Shown here piece by piece: positions 1 to 9,504 of a stretch of DNA of 64,000 nt. Origin of the DNA: an uncultured Spirochaetota bacterium (GTDB lineage Bacteria > Spirochaetota > Spirochaetia > SZUA-6 > Fen-1364); contig CAWJSK010000019.1 in assembly GCA_963845535.1 (NCBI GenBank), forward strand, positions 448,001-512,000. The letters are read 5' to 3'. The stretch's first letter is position 1, and each line of letters opens with the position of its first letter. The notes under the pieces are model-generated. The model saw nothing but the letters and a program-made list of their open reading frames with translations, did no database searches and was not told where the DNA came from. Both the position numbers and the translations under genes were made by a program.

Positions 1-11
1 ATAGCCTTCCA

Positions 12-419
12 TCAGCGTTTTCCTTCCTCGCGCCTGCCCAGGCGTTCTCCGAACTCCGCATTCATGATCCTGAGCTCGCGGGTCAGGCCGGTGATGGCCG
101 CAAAGCCCAGCTCCCAGGAAACGCTGGACGCCAGTTGGAACCCCTCCATGTTCCAGCGGTACAGGATTATCCGTTCGGCCGACTGGACGGAGCCCAGCCG
201 CGCGCATTCGGCAAGCGGCTCCACCAGCCCGAAGAGACTGTCCGGCATGATCCAAAGGGGAAACGATGCCGCGGCAAGCGGATACTCGAGCTTGGCCATC
301 CCGGCAATCACGTAATAGATGGGCTTGTCCCCAACCGGGTCACCGGCGCTGAAAATCTGCTCGTGCGCGGGAAAGGTGACCTCTTCTCCGTACTGCAGGA
401 AATGCGGATGATCTTCCAT
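12..419 (-). CDS. cyclic nucleotide-binding (Crp-like) domain protein
   Basis: 135-aa ORF with cNMP beta-barrel pattern (FPAHEQIFSAGD...IYYVIAG...LFGLVE...R); no HTH apparent. Confidence 0.6.
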   Translation of the reverse strand: MEDHPHFLQYGEEVTFPAHEQIFSAGDPVGDKPIYYVIAGMAKLEYPLAAASFPLWIMPDSLFGLVEPLAECARLGSVQSAERIILYRWNMEGFQLASSVSWELGFAAITGLTRELRIMNAEFGERLGRREEGKR

Positions 420-523
420 TCTGCTAGAAATTTCGACATTTTGGGAGCTTTTTATTGAATTCTTTTATCTTTTTGTCTATACTGACGCCATTCCGGAAAA
501 CCTTCCAACAGCGGGAGTTATGC

Positions 524-1687
524 ATGGATCAAGTGAAGCAAAGCCACGCCGAGGAGTACGGCAAGGCGCCCGAGATCATAGCCTGCGCTCCCGGTCGGGT
601 GAACCTTATCGGTGAGCATACCGACTACAACGACGGCTTTGTTTTTCCCATGGCCATTGATTTCATGGTCCGCGTTGCCATCACCCGCAGGAAGGACAAC
701 CATCTCCGGTTCTATTCCGTGGATTACAAGGACAGGAAGCGCGCCACGCTCCCCACGCTGCGCTACAGAAAGGAAGATCGCTGGGCAAATTACCCCAAAG
801 GCATCATAGCTGAGTTCCTTGCCCGCGGCCATGAGCTGAGCGGGATGGACATAACCATCCAGGGGGACATCCCCCAGGGCGCCGGGCTGTCCTCCTCCGC
901 CGCCCTCGAGGTGGCAACCGGCATCGCCATCCAGGAGCTCTACGGGATAGAGATCGGCAGTGAGGATCTGGCCCGCCTGGCCCAGCATGCGGAGAACGAG
1001 TTCGTCGGCGTGAAATGCGGCATCATGGACCAGTTCATTTCCCGCCTTGCCAGGGAGGGGCACGCCATGCTCCTCGACGCCCGGTTTCTCGCGTATCACT
1101 TCGTGCCTCTTGCCCTCAAGAGCGTCAAAATACTCATCACGAACTCGAAAGTCCCGCACGGCCTGGTGGACTCGGAATACAACAAGCGCCGGGAGGAATG
1201 CCGCAAGTGCGTGGAGATCCTCTCCGTCAAGAAGCCGGGGACGGCCCTGCGCGACTATACCTCCAACGACATCCGTGACAGCATGGGGGTGATCCCGGAA
1301 GGCACACGGAAGAAATGTCTCCACGTGGTGGAAGAGAACCAGCGCGTGTTGGACGCTGAGGAAGCGCTCAAGAAGAGGGACCTTGTCACGTTCGGCAAAT
1401 TGATGAACCGCTCCCATGAAAGCCTGCGGGACCTGTACGAGGTGTCCTGTCCCGAGCTGGATTGGCTCGTGAAAAGGGCATGGGAGACGGAAGGGGTCTA
1501 CGGCTCCCGCCTTACCGGAGCCGGCTTCGGCGGGTGCACCGTCACGCTGATAGAGGAAGAAGCCATCCCCCTGTATAAAGAGCACATCGTGCAGTACGAG
1601 CGTATCTTCGGGTTTCGTCCGGAGCTCTATATCTGCAAGCCGTCGCCCGGCGCCCATGTCCTGGAAAGCCGGTTGCAGCGCACATGA
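524..1687 (+). CDS. galK: galactokinase
   Basis: PGRVNLIGEHTDYNDG, GAGLSSSA, CGIMDQ and RLTGAGFGGC GHMP motifs; ATG 524 follows GGGAG. Confidence 0.95.
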   Translation: MDQVKQSHAEEYGKAPEIIACAPGRVNLIGEHTDYNDGFVFPMAIDFMVRVAITRRKDNHLRFYSVDYKDRKRATLPTLRYRKEDRWANYPKGIIAEFLARGHELSGMDITIQGDIPQGAGLSSSAALEVATGIAIQELYGIEIGSEDLARLAQHAENEFVGVKCGIMDQFISRLAREGHAMLLDARFLAYHFVPLALKSVKILITNSKVPHGLVDSEYNKRREECRKCVEILSVKKPGTALRDYTSNDIRDSMGVIPEGTRKKCLHVVEENQRVLDAEEALKKRDLVTFGKLMNRSHESLRDLYEVSCPELDWLVKRAWETEGVYGSRLTGAGFGGCTVTLIEEEAIPLYKEHIVQYERIFGFRPELYICKPSPGAHVLESRLQRT

Positions 1688-2427
1688 GGATTCTCGTTAC
1701 CAATGATGATGGAATAGAGAGCCAGGGGATCCGCCAGCTCGCCGAAAGGCTCGCGGACGGGCACGAGACGTGGCTCGTTGCCCCGGAAGGGGAGAAGAGC
1801 GGCCAGTCCCACTCCATCACGCTGAGGGACTCCATCCGCATCCGCTGTCTTGGGGAGCGCCGTTATGCGTGCAAGGGGACCACCGCGGACTGCGTCATCG
1901 TCTCCCTGCTCGGGCTCATACCCCCCAAGGTGGACATGGTCATCTCCGGCATCAACCACGGGCCCAACCTCGGCACGGACATCCTGTTCTCCAGCACTGC
2001 GGCCGGAGCGCGCCAGGGCGCTCTCATGGGCGTGCCGTCGGTCGCGGTTTCCCTGGGGGCGTACGCGCCTCCCTTCGATTTCTCCAGCGCCGCTGATTTT
2101 GTGGCGCGCAACCTGGAGACCTTTCGCGACTTGTGGACGGACGACCATTTCCTCAACATCAATTTCCCTCCGGTGAATGCGGATCATCCGGAGCCCACCA
2201 TCACCTTCCCTTCCCGCAGGATCTACCGGGACAAACTGAACACCTACCGCGCCCCCAACGGAGATACATTCTGCTTTGTCTATGGAGCGGTGCCTGAGGC
2301 CCACTACGAGGCCGGGTCCGATTGCCAGGTGCTGTCGGAAGGGAAGATCTCCATCTCCCCCATCCATGCCCATCCGCGCAACTGGGTCTCCATCGAGGAA
2401 AGGTACCGCCGGGTGAGGTTCCTATGA
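1684..2427 (+). CDS. surE: 5'/3'-nucleotidase SurE
   Basis: ILVTNDDGI, GTTADCV, SGINHGPNLGTD motifs; ATGA overlap with galK. Confidence 0.95.
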   Translation: MRILVTNDDGIESQGIRQLAERLADGHETWLVAPEGEKSGQSHSITLRDSIRIRCLGERRYACKGTTADCVIVSLLGLIPPKVDMVISGINHGPNLGTDILFSSTAAGARQGALMGVPSVAVSLGAYAPPFDFSSAADFVARNLETFRDLWTDDHFLNINFPPVNADHPEPTITFPSRRIYRDKLNTYRAPNGDTFCFVYGAVPEAHYEAGSDCQVLSEGKISISPIHAHPRNWVSIEERYRRVRFL

Positions 2428-3230
2428 ACGAGAAGTTCGAACGCGCGGTGAAGCTCTACCATTCCCACCGCTACGAGCAAGCCCTCGCGGCTCTTGCGGA
2501 GGTGGAGGGCGAAACGGGCCCGACCCCTGAGCTGGACTACTACACGGGCCTCACCCTCACGCAGCTGGGCAGGTTCGAAGACGCCCTCCTGGCCCTGGAG
2601 AAGGTGGTCAACTCGCACTTCAGCTTCTTGCACATCATGCAGGCGCGCATGGTGCTCGGGTACATCTACTCCGTGACGGGGCGCTACCGGCTGGCCGAGT
2701 TCGAGTTCACGAAGGTGAGCGAGCTTGGCGTGCAGTCCTCCCAGGCGCTCGCCGCGTTGGGATTCGTCTACTACGCGCAAAAGAAAGTGAAAGAGAGCAT
2801 CGAGACGCTGAAAAAGGCGCTGGAGATGGAGCCGAAGAACGCGAACGCGCTGAACTCTCTCGGGTTCATCTATGCGGAGGAGAGGGTCGACCCGCAGAAA
2901 GCCGTGTCCCTGTGCCGCCAGGCTGTGGAAGTGGCGCCCCGAAACGCCGCCTACCTGGATTCACTGGGCTGGGCGCTGTACCGCGTGGGCGGGTTCGACG
3001 AAGCGCGCGTGCTGTTCCGCCAGGCGCTCGACCTTGCGCCGGGGAACAAGGACATTGCCGCCCACATGCGCGCGCTCCTGGACGTCATGAAGGACGTCTC
3101 GCGCCCCGGCTACGCCGCGGTAGTCCGCGCGGGGCGCGGTAAGCCGCGCGGAGGGGCGCAAAGCCCCCTAAAGTTTCTTTCATTTCTTTGGGCAAATCCG
3201 TCGAAAATACAATCAGGAGTGAGCCTATGA
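2424..3230 (+). CDS. tetratricopeptide repeat protein
   Basis: multiple TPRs (NALNSLGFIYAE, AAYLDSLGWALY); ATGA overlap with surE; last ~45 codons may be read-through. Confidence 0.85.
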   Translation: MNEKFERAVKLYHSHRYEQALAALAEVEGETGPTPELDYYTGLTLTQLGRFEDALLALEKVVNSHFSFLHIMQARMVLGYIYSVTGRYRLAEFEFTKVSELGVQSSQALAALGFVYYAQKKVKESIETLKKALEMEPKNANALNSLGFIYAEERVDPQKAVSLCRQAVEVAPRNAAYLDSLGWALYRVGGFDEARVLFRQALDLAPGNKDIAAHMRALLDVMKDVSRPGYAAVVRAGRGKPRGGAQSPLKFLSFLWANPSKIQSGVSL

Positions 3231-3388
3231 AGGTTGATAGCGTAGCTCTTCCTGCAGTGTCGAACGCTCAGATGAACGATCTTCCGATCATGAACGCGGA
3301 GGAGATCAAAAGCATTCTGTATCTCGGCATCAGGGGAGAGGTCAAGCTCGATCAGGGCACAAAGCACGCTGTAGATACGTACGCCTGA
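3227..3388 (+). CDS. small hypothetical protein (53 aa)
   Basis: AGGAG RBS, ATG 3227, MKVDSVALP...EEIKSILYLGIRG...VDTYA; fills the gap between TPR and NHL genes. Confidence 0.7.
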   Translation: MKVDSVALPAVSNAQMNDLPIMNAEEIKSILYLGIRGEVKLDQGTKHAVDTYA

Positions 3389-3406
3389 TTTCTCTATACT
3401 CGGCTC

Positions 3407-5416
3407 GTGAAACTGCGACCGCTGATCGCGTCCTTTCTTTGCCTGCTGCCCGCCACCATTCAGGCCCAGACGCTCGATTTCAACGCAGTCCGTTCCTCGG
3501 AGCAGTTGCGCCGCGGAGTGCAGGCTTTCCACCGCGGGTTCTTGAGCGACGCAATCGTCTCCCTCGAAAAAGCCATAAGCTACCAACCTTCAAATACCCT
3601 GGCTCAGAAATGGCTGGGGCGCTCGCTATGGAAGTCCGGGTATGAGCAGGAAGCAATAAGGACCTGGAACCAGCTTGTCTCCTCCAACGCCGGGGACCCC
3701 CTCCTTCGTGACTGGGTCTCGGTCACCGAGCTTCGCCGCGGCCTTGGGCGGGACGTCGACGGAAAAGCGAAGTGGGTGGTCTCCGCGGAGCTGGACGGCG
3801 CGCTCAAAGGCGGGTATGCCTTCCGGCGGCCAACCAGCGTTCGCTCGCGCGCGGACGGGAGCTTCTGGGTGGTCGCGTTCGGGTCGAATGAGGTCCTGCG
3901 GTTCGACGCGGACTTCAAGCTCCTTGGCGTGGTCCGCGGCGGCATTGCGGGGCTCGACCATCCCTATGACGTGGCGGAAGCGGGTGACGGAACACTTTAC
4001 ATCTCGGAATACGGGGCCAACCGTATTGCCAAATGCACGCCCGCGGGTGACAAGATCACCACCTTCGGCGGGACCGGGCGGGCCGACGGCAAGCTCGTCG
4101 GGCCCCAGTACCTCGCGCTGGACGGCAAGGGATACCTGTGGGTGACGGACTGGGGCAACGCCCGGGTGGTTCGATACGACCTTGACGGCAAGTTCATCCA
4201 GGCCATCGAGGGGATTGGCGGCCCGACGGGCATCGCCGTCTACGAGGACCGGCTCTACGTGTCCGACAAGACCTCGAAGCAGGTCCTCATCTACGATCTC
4301 AGCGGCAATCCCCTCGGCTCACTCGGTGACGGTGTTCTGACCGGCCCTGAAGGCATCTCCTTCACGCCTGACGGGCAGCTCTTGGTAGCGGACGCCAACG
4401 GCGTCAGGCAGTGCGACGTCGAGAGGGAGGTCTGGACCAGCCTCGGCGACATGAGCGGCCATACGAAGCGCCTGGTCCAGCAGGCCGCCACGCCCAACGG
4501 GCAGGTGCTCGGCGTGGATTTCGACTTGAGCAGGATCGTCCTCATCACGGATACCACCTCCCTGTACGCCGGGCTTTTCGTGCACGTGGACCGAATCAAC
4601 TCCGTGAAGTTCCCTGAAGTCTATGCCGACATTTCCGTGGAAACACGGCTGGGGAGGCCGGTGGTCGGCCTCGGCGTCGACAATTTCATCGTCACGGAAA
4701 ACCACTTCTCCGTTGGCCCGACAATCATGGCGCTCGCGAACAAAGACGTGAAAACCTCGGATGTGTCCCTTGTCATCGAGAGGTCACCAGACTTCGAAAG
4801 CGCCCTTTCGGACGCGCGGCAGGCGGCAGGAGACCTCTACGACCTTGCAACAAGGCGCGGGAGGATCGAGGCCATCTCCGCGGGGGAAACACCGGAGAAA
4901 GAAGCCGATTTCGGGCAGACCCGCCTGCGTTTCATTTCGAGCTCCCTCCAAGGGGGGGCTTCCCCGCAGTGGAAGCTCGGAGCGGCCGTCCGGATGGCCG
5001 GGGATGACCTTCTCACCTCGGTCACAGGAGCCAGGCGGGCAATCGTGTTCTTCACCACGGGCGCTCCCAACGGCGCGGTCTACGCTCCGTATTCTCTTAC
5101 CGAGCTGGCCGCATATCTTCGCAACAATTCGATTGCATTCTGCCCGGTTGTTTTTGGCGAGAAGGAGGCGGGGGACGAGCTGGGCTATCTGGCCTCCGAA
5201 TCAGGCGGAAAAGTGTTCCAAGCATTCGCGCCCGGCGGAATGAAAGACGTCATGACCGAGGTGAGCTCAAGGCTCGTGCCCACCTATACCATACGCTATT
5301 CTTCTCCAACGCCGCCGCAGTTCGGGGACGCCTACATTCCCTTCGAGGTCGAAGTGACCGTGCAAAAGACAAGCGGTCGGGACGAGTTGGGCTACTACGC
5401 TCCGCCGAGTCCGTAG
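3407..5416 (+). CDS. exported TPR + NHL-repeat beta-propeller + vWA-like domain protein
   Basis: signal peptide, N-terminal TPR, NHL repeats (GPQYLALDGKGYLWVTDWGNARV), C-terminal alpha/beta region (RRAIVFFTTG...LASESGG). Confidence 0.8.
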   Translation: MKLRPLIASFLCLLPATIQAQTLDFNAVRSSEQLRRGVQAFHRGFLSDAIVSLEKAISYQPSNTLAQKWLGRSLWKSGYEQEAIRTWNQLVSSNAGDPLLRDWVSVTELRRGLGRDVDGKAKWVVSAELDGALKGGYAFRRPTSVRSRADGSFWVVAFGSNEVLRFDADFKLLGVVRGGIAGLDHPYDVAEAGDGTLYISEYGANRIAKCTPAGDKITTFGGTGRADGKLVGPQYLALDGKGYLWVTDWGNARVVRYDLDGKFIQAIEGIGGPTGIAVYEDRLYVSDKTSKQVLIYDLSGNPLGSLGDGVLTGPEGISFTPDGQLLVADANGVRQCDVEREVWTSLGDMSGHTKRLVQQAATPNGQVLGVDFDLSRIVLITDTTSLYAGLFVHVDRINSVKFPEVYADISVETRLGRPVVGLGVDNFIVTENHFSVGPTIMALANKDVKTSDVSLVIERSPDFESALSDARQAAGDLYDLATRRGRIEAISAGETPEKEADFGQTRLRFISSSLQGGASPQWKLGAAVRMAGDDLLTSVTGARRAIVFFTTGAPNGAVYAPYSLTELAAYLRNNSIAFCPVVFGEKEAGDELGYLASESGGKVFQAFAPGGMKDVMTEVSSRLVPTYTIRYSSPTPPQFGDAYIPFEVEVTVQKTSGRDELGYYAPPSP

Positions 5417-5436
5417 CGCGCGGGAACCGTGCGGCT

Positions 5437-6075
5437 CTACGCCCTCAAAAACGCCTTGAGCTTCTCCGACGCGCTGGCCGCGTCCGGGGCATAACCGTCA
5501 GCCCCTATCTCCTTGGCGTACTGGTCCGTGAGGGGCGCTCCGCCAACCATGATCTTCACCTTCTTGCGCAGACCTTCCTTCTCGAACCTGTCAATGACGT
5601 CTTTCATTCCCGTCATTGTCGTGGTCAGGAGCGCCGACATGCCGATTGCTTTTGCGTCGGGATTGTCCTTGAGACCCTGGATGAACTTGTCCGCCGACAC
5701 GTCGATCCCCATGTCGACAACCTCGATGCCGGCGCCCTGCGCCATCATCTTGACCAGGTTCTTCCCGATGTCGTGCAGGTCCCCCTTCACGGTCCCGATG
5801 AGCATTTTCCCCACGGGCTTGACGCCGGCCTTGACGAGCTCCGGCTTCAGGATATCCATGCTGGCGTTCATGGCCCGCGCCGCAATGAGGACTTCCGGGA
5901 TGTAGATCTCGTTGCATTTGAAGCGCTGCCCGACTTTGTCCATTCCGTCCAGGAGGCCTTTGTTCAGGATGTCCCCGGCCCCGTTCTTGTCCGCCAGGAG
6001 CGCTGAGGTGAGCTCCTTCGCCTTGGGAGCGTTGCCCTTCTGGATAGCTTCCGACAGTTCCTGGAAAGTTGCCAA
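5437..6075 (-). CDS. cobalamin-binding (corrinoid) protein, MtaC/MttC family
   Basis: GTVKGDLHDIGKNLV, SALLTTT and VGGAP B12-binding motifs; TTG start after AGGAGG. Confidence 0.92.
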   Translation of the reverse strand: MATFQELSEAIQKGNAPKAKELTSALLADKNGAGDILNKGLLDGMDKVGQRFKCNEIYIPEVLIAARAMNASMDILKPELVKAGVKPVGKMLIGTVKGDLHDIGKNLVKMMAQGAGIEVVDMGIDVSADKFIQGLKDNPDAKAIGMSALLTTTMTGMKDVIDRFEKEGLRKKVKIMVGGAPLTDQYAKEIGADGYAPDAASASEKLKAFLRA

Positions 6076-6155
6076 GGCAGTCCTCCTGTGTGGGCTTCGA
6101 CACTCTGAGGAGCGCGCTGCCTTGCGAAAATCTTGCCGCAGCAGCATTCTCTTGG

Positions 6156-6184
6156 TTGCCAGAAAGTGCCGAACGTGATACTCT
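6156..6184 (+). promoter_or_regulatory. putative sigma70 promoter of the oxidoreductase operon
   Basis: TTGCCA (6156-6161), 17 bp, TACTCT (6179-6184) preceded by TGn. Confidence 0.45.
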
Positions 6185-6214
6185 GATATATCATTCTGAT
6201 TCAGGAGAAACCCC

Positions 6215-6448
6215 GTGTCAAGAGGACGCCCGGAAATCGACCACGAAAGGTGCAAGGGCTGCACCCTCTGCGTCGGCGCATGCCCTGAAAAAATCATTAC
6301 CATGTCGAAAGAGGAGTTCAACCGCCAGGGACTTCCCTTCGCCGTGTGCTTTGACGAATCGCGGTGTACCGCTTGCATGTCCTGCGCAATCATCTGCCCG
6401 GACTCCGCAATCACGGTGTTGAGGTTTGCCGCAGCCTCGGGAGAGTAG
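6215..6448 (+). CDS. 2x[4Fe-4S] ferredoxin subunit of 2-oxoacid:ferredoxin oxidoreductase
   Basis: CKGCTLCVGACP and CTACMSCAIICP. Confidence 0.9.
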   Translation: MSRGRPEIDHERCKGCTLCVGACPEKIITMSKEEFNRQGLPFAVCFDESRCTACMSCAIICPDSAITVLRFAAASGE

Positions 6449-6451
6449 CTC

Positions 6452-7522
6452 ATGGAGACCATCACAGAAACCGCGCCCGTGCTGATGAAGGGCAACGAGG
6501 CAATCGGCGAAGCTGCCATCATTGCCGGCTGCCGCTTCTATTTCGGATATCCCATCACCCCGCAGAACGAGCTTCCCGCGTACATGGCGCTGCGCCTTCC
6601 CAAGGTCAGTGGGACGTTCATCCAGGCGGAGAGCGAGGTTGCAGCCATCAACATGGTGTTCGGCGCCTCTGCCGCGGGCGCGCGCGCCATGACCTCTTCG
6701 TCATCACCCGGGATCAGCCTGAAGATGGAAGGCATTTCCTACCTGTCGGGCGCGGAGCTGCCAGCGGTCGTGGTGAACATGATGCGTGGCGGGCCCGGGC
6801 TGGGCAATATCGCCGGCGCCCAGGGGGATTATTTCCAGGCCGTCAAGGGAGGCGGCCATGGAGACTACCGCTGCATCGTGCTTGCTCCCAGCTCGGTGCA
6901 GGAGCTGGCGGACCTCACCGTGAAGGCATTCGACCTGGCGGACAAATACCGCATGGTGGTCATGATCCTCGGTGACGGGTTCATAGGCCAGATGTCGGAG
7001 CCCGTCGTCATGCCGAAGCCCTCCGGAGAGAGCTTCGACAAGAGCGGGTGGACGCTGACCGGGGCACGAGGGAGGGAGACGCACATCATCGCCTCCCTGC
7101 GCCTGAACCCCGAAGATGCCCTCCTGAAGCTGAACCTCCGGCTCCAGGCCAAGTACCAGGAGGTGGCGGGGAAGGAGATCCTCTGGGAGGAAACGGAGGC
7201 CGCTGACGCGGACTACCTCCTGTGCGGGTTTGGTCTTTCCGCCCGCATCTGCCGTTCCGCGGTACATGATCTTCGCAAGGAAGGTGTCAAAGCGGGACTC
7301 TTCCGCCCCATCACGCTATGGCCTTTCCCGGAGGCGGCTCTCGCAAAGGCCGCCAGAGGGAAGAAGAAGCTGCTCGTCGTGGAGATGAACGCCGGGCAGA
7401 TGGTGGAAGACGTGAAGCTCGCCATCGGTTCCTCACTTCCTGTGGATTTCCTGGGCACCCTGGGAGGCATCACGCCGCAGGTGGATGCCATCGTCGAAAG
7501 GATCAGGTCATATGCCCGTTGA
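6452..7522 (+). CDS. vorB: 2-oxoacid:ferredoxin oxidoreductase alpha-type subunit (2-oxoisovalerate type)
   Basis: MKGNEAIGEAAI, GYPITPQ, QAESEVAAINMV, TSSSSPGISLK. Confidence 0.88.
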   Translation: METITETAPVLMKGNEAIGEAAIIAGCRFYFGYPITPQNELPAYMALRLPKVSGTFIQAESEVAAINMVFGASAAGARAMTSSSSPGISLKMEGISYLSGAELPAVVVNMMRGGPGLGNIAGAQGDYFQAVKGGGHGDYRCIVLAPSSVQELADLTVKAFDLADKYRMVVMILGDGFIGQMSEPVVMPKPSGESFDKSGWTLTGARGRETHIIASLRLNPEDALLKLNLRLQAKYQEVAGKEILWEETEAADADYLLCGFGLSARICRSAVHDLRKEGVKAGLFRPITLWPFPEAALAKAARGKKKLLVVEMNAGQMVEDVKLAIGSSLPVDFLGTLGGITPQVDAIVERIRSYAR

Positions 7523-8267
7523 AACAGCTCCTGCGCGGTTGGTGTACAAAAGACCGGAATCCCTCGCGGACGTCCCCAACCACTACTGTCCCGGGTGCGG
7601 CCACGGAATCATTCACAAGCTCCTCGCGCAGTGCATTGACGAGCTGGGCATCCGGGAGACCACCATCCTGGTGGCGCCCGTGGGGTGCTCCGTCCTTGCG
7701 TACAACTACCTGCGCGTTGACGGATGTGAAGCGGCGCACGGACGCGCCCCCGCCGTTGCCACGGGGCTCAAGCGGGTCCATCCCGACCGCATCGTCATTT
7801 CCTACCAGGGAGATGGGGACCTGCTCGCCATCGGCACCGGGGAAACCATCCACGCCGCAAACCGCGGAGAGAAGATCACGGTCGTCTTCGTGAACAACGC
7901 CATCTACGGAATGACGGGCGGGCAGATGGCGCCCACCTCGCTGCAGGCGCAGAAGACCAAGACCTCGCCGTACGGGAGAAACCCCAACGAAGCGGGATAC
8001 CCCATTCGGGCGTGCGAGCTGCTCAACACGCTGGAATCGCCCGTGTTCATCGAGCGCTGCGCCGTCAACACGGTGAAGAACGTGCTGCGGACAAAGAAGG
8101 CGCTGATGAAGGGCCTGCGCAACCAGACGGAAGGCAAGGGCTATTCATTCATCGAGGTGCTCTCCATGTGCCCCACCGGTTGGGGGATGGAGCCGCGAGA
8201 CGCTGCTGCCTGGGTGGATTCCGACATGGTTCCGTTCTTCCCGCTCCGAAACTTCAGGGACAAGTAG
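7512..8267 (+). CDS. 2-oxoacid:ferredoxin oxidoreductase beta (TPP-binding) subunit
   Basis: YCPGCGHG, HGRAPAVATG, YQGDGD...NNAIYGMTGGQMAPT. Confidence 0.92.
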   Translation: MPVETAPARLVYKRPESLADVPNHYCPGCGHGIIHKLLAQCIDELGIRETTILVAPVGCSVLAYNYLRVDGCEAAHGRAPAVATGLKRVHPDRIVISYQGDGDLLAIGTGETIHAANRGEKITVVFVNNAIYGMTGGQMAPTSLQAQKTKTSPYGRNPNEAGYPIRACELLNTLESPVFIERCAVNTVKNVLRTKKALMKGLRNQTEGKGYSFIEVLSMCPTGWGMEPRDAAAWVDSDMVPFFPLRNFRDK

Positions 8268-8276
8268 GGGGCCGTC

Positions 8277-8813
8277 GTGTACGAAGACATTTTCATTGCC
8301 GGTTTCGGCGGCCAGGGAGTCATCCTTGCCGGGAAAATCATCTGCCTTGCCGCGATGGGGGAGGGCAAGCACGTATCCCATATCCCCGCCTACGGGGCGG
8401 AGATGCGCGGCGGAACGGCCAACTGCTCGGTGGTGGTTTCCGACGGCGAAATCGCTTCCCCTCTGGTGCCGTCCCCATCGATCTGCATCGTCCTGAACAC
8501 GCCGTCCCTCATCAAGTTCCAGCCCATTGTCCGCGCCGGGGGGCTTTTGATCTGGAACAAATCCCTCATAGACATGAAGCCTGATCGGACCGACATCGAG
8601 GTGCTGGCCATTGCCGCCAACGAGCTCGCGGAGGCGGCCGGGTCCTACAAGGCCGCCAACATGGCGGCTCTGGGTGCGCTCCTCAAGAGGCGCCCCTCCA
8701 TTGCCTCCCTGGACGCCGTGGAGGCATGCCTGGACAAGGCCGTGTCCGCGCGGCACCGCGAGCTCAACGAAATCAACCGCAAGGCCCTTGCAAAGGGTTA
8801 TGAAGCCGCCTAA
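8277..8813 (+). CDS. 2-oxoacid:ferredoxin oxidoreductase gamma subunit
   Basis: AGFGGQGVI, YGAEMRGG, ANMAALGA. Confidence 0.92.
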   Translation: MYEDIFIAGFGGQGVILAGKIICLAAMGEGKHVSHIPAYGAEMRGGTANCSVVVSDGEIASPLVPSPSICIVLNTPSLIKFQPIVRAGGLLIWNKSLIDMKPDRTDIEVLAIAANELAEAAGSYKAANMAALGALLKRRPSIASLDAVEACLDKAVSARHRELNEINRKALAKGYEAA

Positions 8814-9504
8814 GGGGGCAGACGCCCGGTTTCGGTTCCTTTTCTGGCGGACTGACTTCGTCGGCATCGCCATGATCGTGAGCGGGCTCTTCTTCCTGCT
8901 CGTCAACTTCAAGCTCGTCCCCGTCAGCGCATTCGTTCTTCCCCGCGTGCTCGGGGTGCTGTTCATTGTCGTGGGACTGATCTTCCTGTTCCTCTCCGGG
9001 GCGGGGAGCTGGATGTCATGGTTCGTCATCCCCGCGGGAGAGCTTATAACCTGCGGCATTGTGACGCTCATCCTGGGGCTCGGGGGAATTTTTACCCTGG
9101 ATTCAGCAGGGTTCTTCGCGCTGGGACTCGGGCTTTCGTTTTTGACCCTTTTCTTTTCCCTGCGCAGCCACTGGTGGATGCTGATACCGGCGGGCTTCTC
9201 CATAGGGGCCGCGGCAGGGATCCTGGTTGGCAGCCACTACGCGCTGATCGGCTGGCATCCCGTCATTCCCCTGTTCTTCCTTGGCGTGGCATTTCTCGTG
9301 ATCTACCTGTACTCAGTCCAGCGGCAGCGTATGCGCTGGAGCCTCCTGGTCGGCTTCATCATCGTTTCCGTCTCCTTCCTGTACCTCCTGGGAATCCTCC
9401 TTGCCCGCTGGAGCATCCTCTGGCCCGTGGTGCTGCTCCTGGCGGGGCTTCTCATTCCGATTTGGATCGTATTCATCGACAGGCGGGCCGGAGGCAGGAT
9501 CTGA
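8800..9504 (+). CDS. polytopic membrane protein of unknown function
   Basis: about 8 hydrophobic segments with repeated W-x-x-IPAG motif; overlaps flanking genes. Confidence 0.7.
   Translation: MKPPKGADARFRFLFWRTDFVGIAMIVSGLFFLLVNFKLVPVSAFVLPRVLGVLFIVVGLIFLFLSGAGSWMSWFVIPAGELITCGIVTLILGLGGIFTLDSAGFFALGLGLSFLTLFFSLRSHWWMLIPAGFSIGAAAGILVGSHYALIGWHPVIPLFFLGVAFLVIYLYSVQRQRMRWSLLVGFIIVSVSFLYLLGILLARWSILWPVVLLLAGLLIPIWIVFIDRRAGGRI

Noticed and set aside
6184..6193. TGATATATCA palindrome as a second site for the GntR at 36836
   Set aside because: Half-site arrangement differs from 36752-36770 and it is only 10 bp
6076..6522. N-terminal extension of the corrinoid ORF
   Set aside because: Overlaps the ferredoxin gene; AGGAGG plus TTG at 6075 gives a normal-length protein
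9018..9503. Upstream extension of the MBL hydrolase ORF
   Set aside because: Overlaps the membrane protein gene; the family N-terminus begins at 9504
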